Positions 42,936-55,438 are shown, counted from the first letter of the whole stretch. The stretch is DNA of 61,455 nt, filler included, from Choristocarpus tenellus KU-1152 (GCA_964200185.2; 14 parts of 14 records of this genome joined end to end with filler, not necessarily neighbours in it), one strand, 5' to 3'. Made by a program: numbers and translations. Notes: generated from the sequence alone by a model not told the origin.

Positions 42936-43479
42936 AATAATGTATGTTTTAGCGAGCGTAGCACATCGCGGATGTTGTGCTAAATCGGGTTGGCATATGA
43001 ATTCAAATAATTGAAAGGCAGGAAAGGATACTATATCAAGAAAGGCTACAAAGACGTCATTTTGTTCAAATGCGCAAGGAGCCATCCTTGAATTGTGGTG
43101 TGATTTTTTGTGTGTGGAAGGGAGAATATAAATTTTGCATACTCTATCGAGCACATAAAGCAGTAGTAATACACAGTACTGCATGTGATGTTTACAACAG
43201 AGGCTATATGCAAAAAGGTCTTGACCTGCCTATCATCACCTGTTTTGCATCCCTGCATATTTCCGTGTCATGTGTGCCTATTCACATATACAGTGCAAAA
43301 TCCATAACCACCAATGCATAATTTTGGCTACCTGTCAGTGCCACCATCACAAATAGCAGGATTGGCTACACAATTCCCAAGTTCAATAGCGATTAGCACA
43401 GGAGGGGCACGTGATCTCAATTATTAGGCTCAGAATATTCGGGGGATAGTGGCTGGTGTGCACTTGGTACCTACAATCT

Positions 43480-43611
43480 TCCATGTCGCAATTTTGGGGT
43501 GGTTATATAGCATGTATCAGATGGTAAAGTAAGTGCACTTTTCCTGGTCAGGGTCCAAATAGACCAATCTGGCATAGACCTCCTCTCCCCCCCCCCCAAG
43601 TATTTTGATCC
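43480..43611. mobile_element. MITE family B, degenerate, reverse orientation
   Basis: CCATGTCGCAATTTTGGGGTG...GCACTTTTCCTGGTC...polyC-AAGTATTTTGATCC. Confidence 0.8.
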
Positions 43612-44461
43612 TTTCAAATTCTTGTCTCTGTCTATGCAAGTCGTTTCAATCATATTTAGGGAGAGTATTTTGGACATACAAATAAGATCCCCTTCATGTA
43701 GTATGCTGGAGTTGTAGCGTAGCAGTAGTTGGTTGCAACCATCGAACTGATCTCGCCAGTATTTGTCATTTCTATCGTTTAAAACCTTCAAAATACACCT
43801 CTTCTGCCACAAGTCAGTGAGAACACAATCCACCCTGCACTAGAAAGGAGGCAAAATATCATACTCGTACAAATACACAAAAGCTAGTAGTAACAGCCGT
43901 ATCTTTCTCTCCACAGTAATCGTAACAAGGAATGCATAAGAACACAACAACATCCCATCCACAGTCTTGCTTCTGCACCTCGCCACTAACCCCCACTAGA
44001 CGCAATAATGACTGCTTGGATCCATTCCAGAGATTTGATGCTACTTCAAAATGTAGTCCAGATCTTGAACTTCCTACAATTCTGACCGTCAAGAGTTGAG
44101 TCGGGGCTTGAAATGAGTGATGCCACCAATACTGCCACTTGCCATTCTTCTCACAAACCGAGCTCAATGCTGGCTGAGGCAAACACATACTTCGGAGTAC
44201 AATACAACAGTAGAATACACAACACAACAGAATGTGAGTAAAAGTCGTAAAATGTGTAAAGAACCTAGGTCCACAATCGTCGATACTTCCCAGTGTCTTA
44301 GCCTGTAGAGAGATCTCGTCAAGGATCCACCCAATAAACAAAAAACCCCTATTCTACAAAATGTACCTAAGACCTTCAAATAGTCACATATACGCCACTT
44401 CCAACCTCCCCAGGTGAACAGCTTCCCCATGTCAAGACGATGTAGACAATGAAGAGGATCA

Positions 44462-46396
44462 TTAGTCATCACTAGGCACCATGACTGCGATCTGAAAAAG
44501 GGGAGAGATGGTGACGCTGCGATCATTAGGAATTGGGCATAGCAATAGCATGCGGGCTCAGCGAATAAATGGTGGGGTTGGGTGAAGTATCAGAGTAGTC
44601 GAAATCTCACAAAACTTCTCCAAACAGATAGATCTTAATCCACAACGAAGAGAACACTCTTCAGTAGTTGACCAGCATTTTACCTTCAAATCAGTAAGAC
44701 TTTGAATGACAATGCTACAGTTTGTTTAGTCAACCTACATTTCATGTTAGAACCCGATGCACCATACCAGGTGTTACGTGCTTGTTGCTCTCCATCTACA
44801 GCCCCCATACGTAGAACTAGGGCATGGAGTGACCCACCTCAGTAATGCTGATCCACTCGTCATTGTCCAGATTGAGGGATTCGAAAGACAATGTCCTGAC
44901 CTTGGAGGCATAGATGTCAAACCACTGATAATCCAGAAACATAACAAGGGCACAAAGGTCTTTGCCATTAACCGTTAATATCGGTGAACGATGCAAGAGA
45001 GAGATATTATCAACACGAGATGGGGTAAATCAATGTCCATCTCCGTAGGAAGGATTTCACCCACGACAAATACTACAGCTCTAGACATCTAGAAGTGTCC
45101 ATCTCCGTAGGCAGGATTTCACCCACGACAAATACTACAGCTCTAGACATCTAGAGTGGGGGAGTCGATATATTTCCTTGACCTTTATAAAGTCGACGAG
45201 AACTGTGCTTTGTAGATTCTGAGTAGTCATTAAGAGAACTGAGCAGGTGGATAGACCTACCTCCAGGTCCCTGCTCATCCCGCCTGATGTGATCTGACCA
45301 AGATCTTTTGACCCGTTCGCTACCACCTTCAACGTGCGCATCCTCTCCTTGCCCTTGTAGAAGGCTTTCAGAAGGGTACATCAACGAGATATTGGGTTGC
45401 GAACAGTGTGCAAACGACGGTGTGCAACGTACTGGAGTTAGCTTTCAAGTTGCCCACGCTGAGCCACTATACAAACTGCATATTACGTAACGTCAACGAA
45501 AGTCGCAACGCGCGCAGCATGTACGGTGTGGACGGGACAGAGTAACAGTATCTTAGAGGGTAGAGCCGTGTCCATTTGGGGTCCAAAATTCAATGTTGCG
45601 ATTTTGATGTAATTTTGCCTATAGTGTTTGTTAGGAAGTGTCAACATCATTGTTCCGGACACACATTTTCATATGGTATACATTTTACCTACTCCTAAAT
45701 TTCGCAGTAGGTAAAATGTCATAAAACACCCGTGGAAAACCAAACCCCAAATGGACAAATAGGGGAGACTCGTACCCCCTAAGATACTTTTACTCGACAG
45801 TGAAGACACCATACACCGAGTAATACTCACATCAGCGTCTAGTGGACAAGTGACCAAGGCAAGATTAGGGCAAAGAAGTGACTCACCAATGCCAACCTTG
45901 GCAACTTCTTGCCTCTCATCAAACACAAGTGTTAGCGCGCACTGTTCACCATCCGCGATGTCCTCGCTGCACGACCAGCGAGACAAGTCTTTGATCCTTC
46001 CGTCCTGCACCGGATTGAGACGGGGGGGGAGTGTTCGTAATTTCTATGCTGTACTTGCTCAAGGGTGTGTTGGGAGAGTACTGCCCACCTAGCATGTGAG
46101 ACTTGAGAGATTGTGGTGCAGGTATTGTATTAGAGAGAGAGAAAAACACCACAGTCTAGTTCCAGAGATATACCAGTCGATAGGCAAATACTGACCAGGA
46201 CGAATTCAGGCTTGCAGCCCTTTTTGTAGCAGCCTCCTTCCGTCCTGGGGCGCATGTCATAAGCCGAGGCCTTGACCTTCACATCGGTCACGTATTGTAC
46301 GAGGTCGTACTCCGAACCAGACGTGGTAGAAGTAATACCAGCTGACGTGATGCCGATGGTGGCAAGGAGAAGAGCAACGACGACGAAGAACTTCAT
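44462..46396 (-). CDS. Complete 5-exon gene for a secreted 179-aa protein with one F5/8-type C (discoidin/CBM32-like) domain
   Basis: Exons 46396-46196, 46004-45887, 45364-45261, 44924-44838 and 44491-44462 total 540 nt with consistent phases. Signal peptide MKFFVVVALLLATIGITSA, then DG....SRWSC...C.LTLVF..QEV..VGIAFYKG.ER.RTL...ITSGG....EWFDI....EWISITEI, the domain repeated in many brown-algal cell-surface proteins. Confidence 0.85.
45034..45154. repeat. 62-bp tandem duplication in an intron
   Basis: TGTCCATCTCCGTAGG.AGGATTTCACCCACGACAAATACTACAGCTCTAGACATCTAGA at 45034 and 45096. Confidence 0.9.
45540..45795. mobile_element. MITE family A, complete, 4-bp TSD GACA, intronic
   Basis: GACA at 45536-45539 and 45796-45799. 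Confidence 0.93.
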
Positions 46397-47848
46397 TTTC
46401 GCGAATGCGCTTAGAAGGAAGATATTATGGTGTGGGTGAATTTGTTAGGATGTTTGGGAGTGAGACGGGGTATTAGTGGAATTCGAGTTCAAACGGTGTG
46501 TGACAGTTGTTGCTCTAGGTGTATTCCCCAGAAATTGATCGAGATTTAAACGAAGAACAAAGTTCTGTGTTGTGTATGTGTATGAGTTCTGAAAATATTA
46601 ACTGTTCCAACCCTGAAATGTGGGAGCAAGTGTTCTATGTACAGACTTGGAGTGATAAGATATGTAGAGGAAGGTATCTACATACTAATTCTCATTTCTA
46701 GTAGAGTTTCAAATGAAGTATAAATTCATTGTATGTTGTAGACACACTATTACTTTCGCCTCAAAGAAAAAAAACAGAACCGAAGCAATATGGCACTATT
46801 GAAGTATATAATAAAAGTAGTATATATTAAAGATGTTTTGGGTTAGGGATAGATTTGGTTTTAGGAAGACGTATGTATATTATTATTTCCTACTCCTACT
46901 CCTACCACTACTACTTCTAAATATATACTTTTGTAGTGATCCTTTTTCTACTAATGTTACCTTATTAACATCTCAATATGATTTCTTCATGTATATCAGA
47001 CAAAAAAAGAAACCACACATCACAAAGACTCTTACAGAGGAAGCTGTTTCCGAAAATGTAAAACGTACCTCTTTCTCTTCAAAGATTATTTTCTACTTCG
47101 AAGTGCGAATTACCTAAGCATACAGATAACACTTACCTTGGATGATACGAACTACTCTCCACAATGGATTGTGTTTAGAATATAAGTATCCGAGAGGACT
47201 ATGCTAAGGGATAGATAAGAACAACAAGAGTGGAGAGTGGAGAATGAGAACCCCTTGAGAGCGTTGAACATCAGAAGTACAGGGCATGACGTCAAAGGTA
47301 ATCCTTGACTCTTGGTACACCTCAACCTAACCCTAATGAAGGGAAGTTCACGACATGCAGAACAACCCTCTCAAAGATACTCCATGGACTTTGTCGCACG
47401 GAGGATCATCAACTGGAATATATCATCATATATTATATTATGCTTTCTGGCATTTTCCAGATGTGTCAGGGAAAGAACCAATTCAATATCATAAGGGCCC
47501 CAGTAAAAGTAACAGTCGTCGCAAATGTGAAAGATATCTCTCCAAACCTCTCTATTATTTGACTGCCAGCTACACTACACCACTCCCTTGCTATGCCTCC
47601 AACCTAACTTAGCCCTAAACCATGGGGCGAGGAGGTAGAGAAGCATCCCAAGAATCTGACAGGCCCCTCCTTGCTCATCTCCCTGGTGTCTCCAGCTCAA
47701 AATGCGTGACACGTCTTCATATGGAGCAACCTGTCTGTATTGTGACAGACAGAATCTGTTGTAAACGGGATTTGACAGCTCCTTCCTTTCTTGCTGCGAC
47801 CTCCCACCCCTCTCCCCCCTACTGTGTGTTTAGCCAACTCATTCAGAA

Positions 47849-48031
47849 GACTCAAAAGTATCTGGGGGTAGGGGGAGGAACCTTCACCAGGGTGTCCATT
47901 CGGGCCCTGACCAGGAGAAGTACACTCACAGTATCCATTCGACAAATGCAACCAAATTCACCCAAAAATTGCGACATGGAAAAATGGGCCCAAATGGACA
48001 GCCACCACCCTCCCCCCAGATACTTTTGATC
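47849..48031. mobile_element. MITE family B, complete
   Basis: GACTCAAAAGTATCTGGGGG...CCCCCCAGATACTTTTGATC with family B interior. Further B-type ends at 10212, 35258, 35461, 42464, 48539, 48750 and 58212. Confidence 0.9.
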
Positions 48032-48964
48032 TGGAAAACTTTCTACTTGCATACCAAGCCGCCCAAAACTTTCCACGGTGAAGGTGGTGTTGAGGTTGAA
48101 ACGTACTACTATGGTGGTACACGTGCGTATAGTAAATCGTTGTTGGAAAGGTATCTATTACAATTTACGATAGCTATGAATATTATGATTCTTTGCCGGT
48201 GTGGTTTACACAGGAAAGGGTGGACAAGAGAAGGGCCGGGCAAGACGAACCAGACAGATAAAGATAAACTGTAACCAAGAGGATAAGGTTAGGGATGGAT
48301 AGATATGCAAGGCGACAAGGACTAGCAGAATATTGGGGAGTGATGAGAATCGCACGAGAGAATGATCATCAGAATGTCAAGACGTGAGAACAGACTGGAT
48401 CTTTGATGCTTGATAAATCTGAATGGAGAGGTGGCCCTCATCTGAGGGACTGGTGTCTTCAAGGAGTTCCACGATCCAGTCTCACGAATGGTCCTCTACT
48501 GGAATCCGGGATTCCTGACAATGAACCTCAATCGGTATGACCTAAAGTATCTGGGAGGGGGGGGGGGTCTACACCAGGGTGTCCATTTGGACCAAAANNN
48601 NNNNNNNNNNNNNNNNNNNNNNNNNNNNNNNNNNNNNNNNNTTAATTAATTAANNNNNNNNNNNNNNNNNNNNNNNNNNNNNNNNNNNNNNNNNNNNCAA
48701 TCCGCAAAATGCCCCCCCGTCGCCACCCCCCCCCCCCCCCCCCCCCCCCCCAGATACTTCGAGCCATACTGTGTTGAAACTGGTAGGATGCTTTTGGAGA
48801 TGACGAGTAGTACGGCAGATGATGCCTGTGGAATGAATGTGTGTGAGGGGTCCTGATGCTTTGTTCGGCGTGGTTTGCTTAGCGAGGGTGTGGATTGCGA
48901 AAGGGTAGTAGTAATAGTAGTAGTAGTGGTAACAATAATAATAGCAGTAGTAATACTATCCAAA

Positions 48965-49705
48965 CAATTGTTACAGGAACAGGTAGCACATATATGACAT
49001 GCACCGTCCCCCCCACTCATAATAATCGACTTTTATTTGTCACTGGCGACAGACTCACCCCTCCCGCCCCTTGCTAACCCATACACTTAACATGCAATAG
49101 ATATCGTTGACTCCTTATGTTACATCCACGCCCATCCTTCTCGTTGACACCATGCGCAGTGTGCTAATCACATATCGCACTTCTCAATCGACCGCCACCG
49201 TCTATGCACACTTGCATTCATCGCCCTCTATTTTGAATAAGTCTGCCAATCGGTAAACTCGCTCAAAACTCGAAATTTTTGTTTTCTTTCCCGTATCAAC
49301 ATCAGACATGTACCCATCGCTTGTTTCAGGAATAGATAGCACATGTACTACATGCATGATTCCCCCCACTCACAATAATCGACCCCTGTTTGCCACTGGT
49401 GACAGACTACCCCCTCCCGCCCCTTGCTAACCCATAAACTAAATATGCAATAATAGATATCGTTGACACATTATGTCTGATCTGTGCCTTCCCTTCATGT
49501 CGACACCACGCGTGACATGATAATCGCACACGTGCACTTCTCAACTGACCGCAGACCGTCCGTGCACACTTACATTCATCTTGCCCTCTATTTTGCAGAA
49601 GTCTGCCAACCGTCAAACTAACCCAAAACTCTAAGTTATTGTTTTTGTCCCCATAATAACATCTGTCATTTACCGAACACTTGTTACAGGAATAGGAAGC
49701 ACATC
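48965..49705. repeat. Diverged ~355-bp tandem duplication (2+ units)
   Basis: TTGTT(A/T)CAGGAA.AG..AGCACAT at ~48968, ~49321 and ~49681. CCCCTCCCGCCCCTTGCTAACCCATA at ~49058 and ~49411. Confidence 0.85.
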
Positions 49706-49757
49706 ATCCCAAAGAAAATGCCATAACATTGATTCGGTCACAGGACCCCGCCTTGAT

Positions 49758-49830
49758 GGGTCAAAGTATCTGGGGGGGGGTGTCGGCATCCTTTTTTCAC
49801 NNNNNNNNNNCCCCCCAGATACTTTGACCC
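49758..49830. mobile_element. MITE with B-type TIRs and a different interior (gap inside), 4-bp TSD TGAT
   Basis: TGAT|GGGTCAAAGTATCTGGGG...CCCCAGATACTTTGACCC|TGAT. Confidence 0.88.
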
Positions 49831-50899
49831 TGATACCAACACTGAATCCAACATGTACCACCCCTCCCCGTATACACACATAATCACCACATCCCTTAGG
49901 ATTGGACGGATAGGGACGGAAGACCGCATAGTAACACGTCTACGAAATTTCTACACATCGACACGTTCTGAACACAGGAGATAGTCCACCTTCTAACTTA
50001 CAAGATCGACCGCTCCAGATGACACGACTCACGTGTACCCAACCTCGGCGGCATAAAATTCATGCACATGTTCTTCACTGGTCGGCTTACCACCGGAGAC
50101 TCCCATACATTGATATACACCGAACTGTCGTGCTACTGCATGAACTGTTCCATTGGTAACCTGGTCCAATGCAGGTGGCAACTAACCCATGAGCCCCTGC
50201 TTAAGAGATAGACCTCGGATTTTCCACGGAAGCGGGAATGGGTGATATGTATCTGCGAAGTCAGCTGTCGAGGAAGAAGAGACAGCTCGCTGAGGGGAAT
50301 ATATGCATTGTGCGGACGCAGTCATCAGAGTACAATGGTATAGAGTTCTTGCCGTTCACTGTCCACCTCAAGGACACGATTCAATGGAACGCCAGGAACC
50401 ACTCCAGCTACGGAGGGATGTTCAGTTCTGGAGATGAGGTCGTCTTTGTCACTGAAGACTTCGAGGTGCTGAGTGCTAGCTTTGTTGATAGAGTGCCAAC
50501 TATTCGCATGTGACGGACAGACAAGGTGAGAAACGCTTCTTATTGCTTCTAAGAGAACAATGCTCCACACGAATGAATCCACGCTGTCTGTACTCAGATA
50601 TTGCATATCCCCTGATATCCCCTCTAACCCCCAAAAACTCCTCCCATAACGTCCATCCCTGACATCCAAACCAGTGTCATTTTTTTCTCCCAATCTGCAA
50701 CCGCAATTGTCAACTTTCACAAAAAAAAATTACAAGTTCCGTAGGGCAAGTAAGCGTATCCCATTCCTTCATTTCGCTGCATAAGTGTATCCTCTACCCT
50801 ACATAAAACTCTCCATTTATCAAAACCAAAACAAACAACACCCCTATACAACCAAACAAGGCCATCACGCGCAAACACATGCCAATGGTCCAACACTTC

Positions 50900-52180
50900 A
50901 ACACAGCCCCTGCAACGAATATCTTTGTGGTGATGCAGGACGCACAACCGGGTCCGTGCATTGTGCCCGTTCAGGCTATCATCATCCCAGACTTCACAGA
51001 TATCCACCACAACCACCTGGATAACACATTCTCGATCCTGCCTGGTCAATACCAGAGGTTCACCTCGGAATCCAACTAGCAATCCCTCGGTGGGATACCT
51101 GCTCACTTCTCTAGGCAACTCAGACTTGGGGACACATCCGACGCCAGGTTCGGTCGAGGAACCAGCTTCATCCTATGCGCGAAGGGGGGTCTATCGTACA
51201 GGGGAAGGTCAGCGATGTTCTCATGGACGGTTCAGTAGCGTATATTTGCTCCGTGTCCTACCTTCCGGACGATGGCGAAAATTCTTTGCCCCCTTATCTG
51301 AGGTCGTACATAACAGTGCACGAGATAGAGGAGGGTGTCAACCAACTTCAGGAGAAGAACAAGAGGGACAGTGTCGAGACTGCAGCCCAGTGTGTCAGAC
51401 AACGCCGGCCGGCGGTTGACCGTCAACGGAAACGTATTGACATGGAGAAGGACGCGAAGAAATATATACTCCTTGAACCGACATTCAGGGCTGTGCCGGA
51501 TTTAGATGAGGGAGAAACACTCAATGCCGGTGCCAAGGGCAGGGGATTCTACTTCAGATGGGACGATCAGTAGATGCGAGGGACCGTGACCAAGTACCAG
51601 CCCCACTACACAGTGAAAGTTAGAGATGAGCGAGTCAGCTACTGTGCAATATAGATTAATAGTCTATATGACTTATAGTATAAAAGTGAATGAAGTAATG
51701 TAACTTGAACTTATAAGCGACTGACGTAGTGTAACTTGAATTTATTAGTGACTGACGTAGTGTAACTGTCACAAACATGTTTAAACATATTTCTGACGTG
51801 TTTGATAACGAATGAATTAGGTAACAAGGGAGAACACCACCCCCCACCTTGAGGATAGTGCTCACTCCACTAATAAACAAATCCATAACAAATAAAAAAA
51901 AATACTCTATCAGAGTAGCTCTCTCTTGCATAGCTACCCCTACGAGGTTAAATGGGAGAATGGCGAATTGCGAAATATCGAGGTTCTTGTGGAACGGTAC
52001 AGTATAGACCAAGACGCTTCTACACGGGTCTGGTTCTGGACAAGTCCCACTCTGCCCCCATACTGACGAGAGACACGATTTTGAGGAGCAACCTAGGCCA
52101 ATTCCTGTTCTTGAGTCACCTTCTTCTTCGCCAATCAGACACATGCCTCGACAGATATGTTGTGCTGGAGAGGTCGGACG
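50900..52180 (+). pseudogene. Decayed orphan Tudor-like gene, copy 2 (interrupted by a solo LTR)
   Basis: QAIIIPDFTDIHHNHLDNTFSILP...IVQGKVSDVLMDGSVAYICSVSYLPDDGENSLPPYLRSYITVHEIEEG...GRGFYFRWDDQ*...YPYEVKW.NGELRNIEVLVERYSIDQDA..VWFW, collinear with 21550-22520. Confidence 0.72.
51643..51932. mobile_element. Solo LTR (290 bp) with 5-bp TSD GCTAC
   Basis: GCTAC|TGTGCAA...TTGCATA|GCTAC. The paralog at ~21795 shows the empty site GACAGCTACCCCTATGAGG (minus strand). Confidence 0.8.
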
Positions 52181-52659
52181 TTCTCTATATCGACGGACTT
52201 ATACATTTGGTATATTGATTTTAATACCTTCCTGAGGAATTTGTGTCTATGTGTCTTCGTACGCATGCTTTTAATGGCCCGATGGCAACCTAGATTTCAT
52301 CTCGATTAGTGCGCTCTGCCACTATCCTCTAACACTCTTACTGCCATGTCCCAATCGTTTTTCTTCCCCTCTTTTTGTTGATCGGACCACAGAGCAATTG
52401 ACAGAAACCTTGCTAAAATAACGTTGACACAGCAGCATCTCGTACTCCGTACCACCATCTACAGCACAAGTCGAGATTTCCACAACAGATGGCCCCTCTT
52501 CCACACCCAGTCCAAACTACGGCTACCATCCCAGCTCCAAACTTTGAACCCAACGGCAACTTCCCTGAGCCATAATCACATAGTCTATACCCACTCAAGC
52601 GACAAGCGTAGGTCCTAAAGGTATTTTAGTCCAAAATACTTCAAAAAAGGACAGTGACT

Positions 52660-52812
52660 GGGTCAAAGTATCTGGGGGGGAGGTGTTTGTGAGGGGGCGT
52701 CCGTTTTAGTCCACGACTGAAGACAGCAATTCCCATAATATTTGAGCAACTCGTCAGGGATAGAACGGACACTCCCTCACTAACCACCCCCCTTCCCCAG
52801 ATACTTTGACCC
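52660..52812. mobile_element. MITE family C: B-type TIRs with an unrelated interior
   Basis: GGGTCAAAGTATCTGGGG...CCCCAGATACTTTGACCC, with subterminal IR GTGAGGGGGCGTCCGTT / AACGGACACTCCCTCAC. Confidence 0.88.
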
Positions 52813-53719
52813 CATGTTGCTGTGTAAGTCTCGTGTGTGTGTGTCCTCACAGAAAGTCTGCAAAAGGCGTTAAAATGATGTCAGGAAATCTTGAATTTTG
52901 TTTGGTGGGGCCGCATCGATCAAACGTGGGCAATGACCTACTCCGGTTGAAGGTTCTCCAAGGAGTTCAGCCAAGGACTTCATTTTGTATCTTTTGAAGT
53001 CGTGACCTTCAAAATTGCGCCGGAGATATTCCCCCGCGTTTTTTTCCATTACTTGATCGGGACATAGCTCCCATTCACCAAAGGTTACACAAAATCCTCT
53101 AGAACCTTCAAAAGATCGTGTCATATCCTTTCATTTGAGATATGTACCGTTGTATATCTATTGCGTCGATACTGTGAAAAAAATCAAGATTGTCACAGAG
53201 GGCGAAACTACTGGTACCACCTTATAAGCGCAGACTCTTCAGTGACAGTTTTGACATCTAGACTAGGTTCATATGCCTGGAAATGCGTACTACCGTAGAG
53301 TGTCTGAGGCTGCTCTTTCCAACCACAAGGGTAACAATGAATAATGGCGATGGTAGGAAGAATTTTTTGCTGATGTGACGTCCTTCATTTCTAAATCGAC
53401 ACATTTCTTCAGAAAAAGATAGGGATGTGGGTGGTCGGGATGATTATGCCCTCATCCATGATCTCTTTGTATCTGGATGAGCCAGGCCGACACTCTAATG
53501 CCACAAGAATGCATAGGCATATGTCACGTGTAGAAGTACTGTTTAATTTCTGTATTTGTAGCATACACTACATAAATATCTTCAGTTTTTACACAGGGGC
53601 ATCTAAGTGAATGAGTTCAACCTACCTAAGCGACAATTCCCCACAATAATGGTAGTACCTAGATCGTCAAGGCTTGCATATTGCAGTATTTATGAGTGGA
53701 ACATGTGCTACACATGCAG

Positions 53720-53937
53720 GAAATTTCATATTCGAGCCTTCATTGGGTTTTTTTTTGTCCCTTTTCATCTTTTTGTGTAAACACAGTTACCAAAAATGTG
53801 TACGACTACGAAACGTGTGTCCAGAGCAAATTGACGCTTGTCAACAAACACGAGAGCCAAAATTCATCAAAATCGCAACAATGGATTTATTTTCCAGAAC
53901 GGACGCGACCCTACCCTATTGGATGCTTTGGATCTCT
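53720..53937. mobile_element. Old degenerate MITE family A copy
   Basis: GTGTGTCCAGAGCAA...AACAAACACGAGAGCCAAAATTCATCAAAATCGCAACA...GGACGCGACCCTACCC. Confidence 0.75.
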
Positions 53938-55083
53938 TAAACCCTTAGGGGCAGTACGATGAAGATATCTTATGCTTCAAAGTACTGAACGGAGTCACGG
54001 AGATGAAATAATCACAACCGAAGACATTCTGAACCTACAGCTTCAGTGTGAGATTTAAGTGCAAACATAGGCCTAATATTGACCTGAACAATGATTCGAG
54101 ATTAAAACCTTGATCCCTTCCGTTCAATGGTACAAAGTGGTACTCGTAGTACCTGCACATGACAAAGACTACTTTGTTACATTTACCCAAAACTTTAAAC
54201 CTTTTCTGAGCAAACCAATTGAGACGTAGGCAGAGTTGGATTTGAAGGATTCCGACAGAGGGCAAAACACTCCATTTTATACAACTGCAGAAAGAACCTT
54301 TTCGTAATTGTATCACTTTGAGTACGGAAAGGGGGGATATTAATTTTGTGTACTCTATTGTACACGTCAAGCAATGAAATATAATTGTAGTTGCACAGAG
54401 CAAGAAAGATAGCTTAGAACGCAAAAGGGTCCAAACCTACCTACCTCTCAATTTGACTGATCTCTCTGTGATACTTCGAGTCTCCGTGACAAGTCTCAAA
54501 AAGAGAGTTAAGAGGATGGCATGCTGCTCATTATCTAAAATAGGCGATCCGAACCCTGGAAATTGCAACATATTATTCTCAATCCAGTGCCGACAATTTC
54601 GGCCTCTCTATACACTGCAATTCCCAAAGAAAAGTCAAAAAGTAACAGTACTGGAATACTGGATGCTGACATAATCATTCCCAAGACGAAAAAGATATAC
54701 TCTGACTCAAGTACATAACCAAACGGCTGTTACTTCGTGAAACGTTTGTGAGTACCCCTGACCGTTTTCCGGTCATTCGCAGGTGAAACGATGTCCAGGA
54801 GATAGCCGATAACGAACAATGATACGAGTAGACGAGAATACAGTTCATGGTTGATGCTGTACTTGGTACGTAGTTATTACTTATTCGCCTGTCGAAGATC
54901 TGCACTTCTCACACTTCGAAGTCTATTTGGTTAGATTCTTCCAAAACATATTTTGTACCTGCTACCTCTGTGCCATAAGTCTGTACCGCGTTGTCCATCA
55001 CTTTTGAAGATGATGAAATTCGTTTCTAAAAGAAGATTTGGAATCCTTGACGAATTTCTGGTTAGGGTCAGCTCTTTTTTTTA

Positions 55084-55438
55084 TTATTGCTCCCCATCCA
55101 TCAAAATTTTATCTGCCACAGAAAAAGCCTCCATGTCTACCTTCAGTGTGTTTTCAAGCTCACTAGACAACTGTCTCTCCCCTATCTCTGTGTGCTTCAC
55201 ACTGAAGTCATTCCCCCCTTTGTATCTAAGTACTTAGTTATACACCACAAAAAGGAGCTGCCAAGCCCTCTCAAGTGTGGTTTCATCATTCTCTTCATAC
55301 TGTTTCTTAATGACCTTCACCATTTCCTTGACGGATCCAAACCACTCCCCCATCACACGGCATTTCAAAGACCTGAAGAAGCACAGGTCCATGATATTGA
55401 GGTCGGGGGAGTTAGATGGCTGTGTCACAAGCCTAATC
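55084..55438 (-). mobile_element. Mariner-type (plant/oomycete DD39D-like) transposase C-terminal fragment, pseudogenised
   Basis: TQPSNSPDLNIMDLCFFRSLK...LERAWQLLFVVYN*VLRYKGGNDFSVKH matches the QP.NSPDLN..DL.FF...GGN....H motif. Confidence 0.88.
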
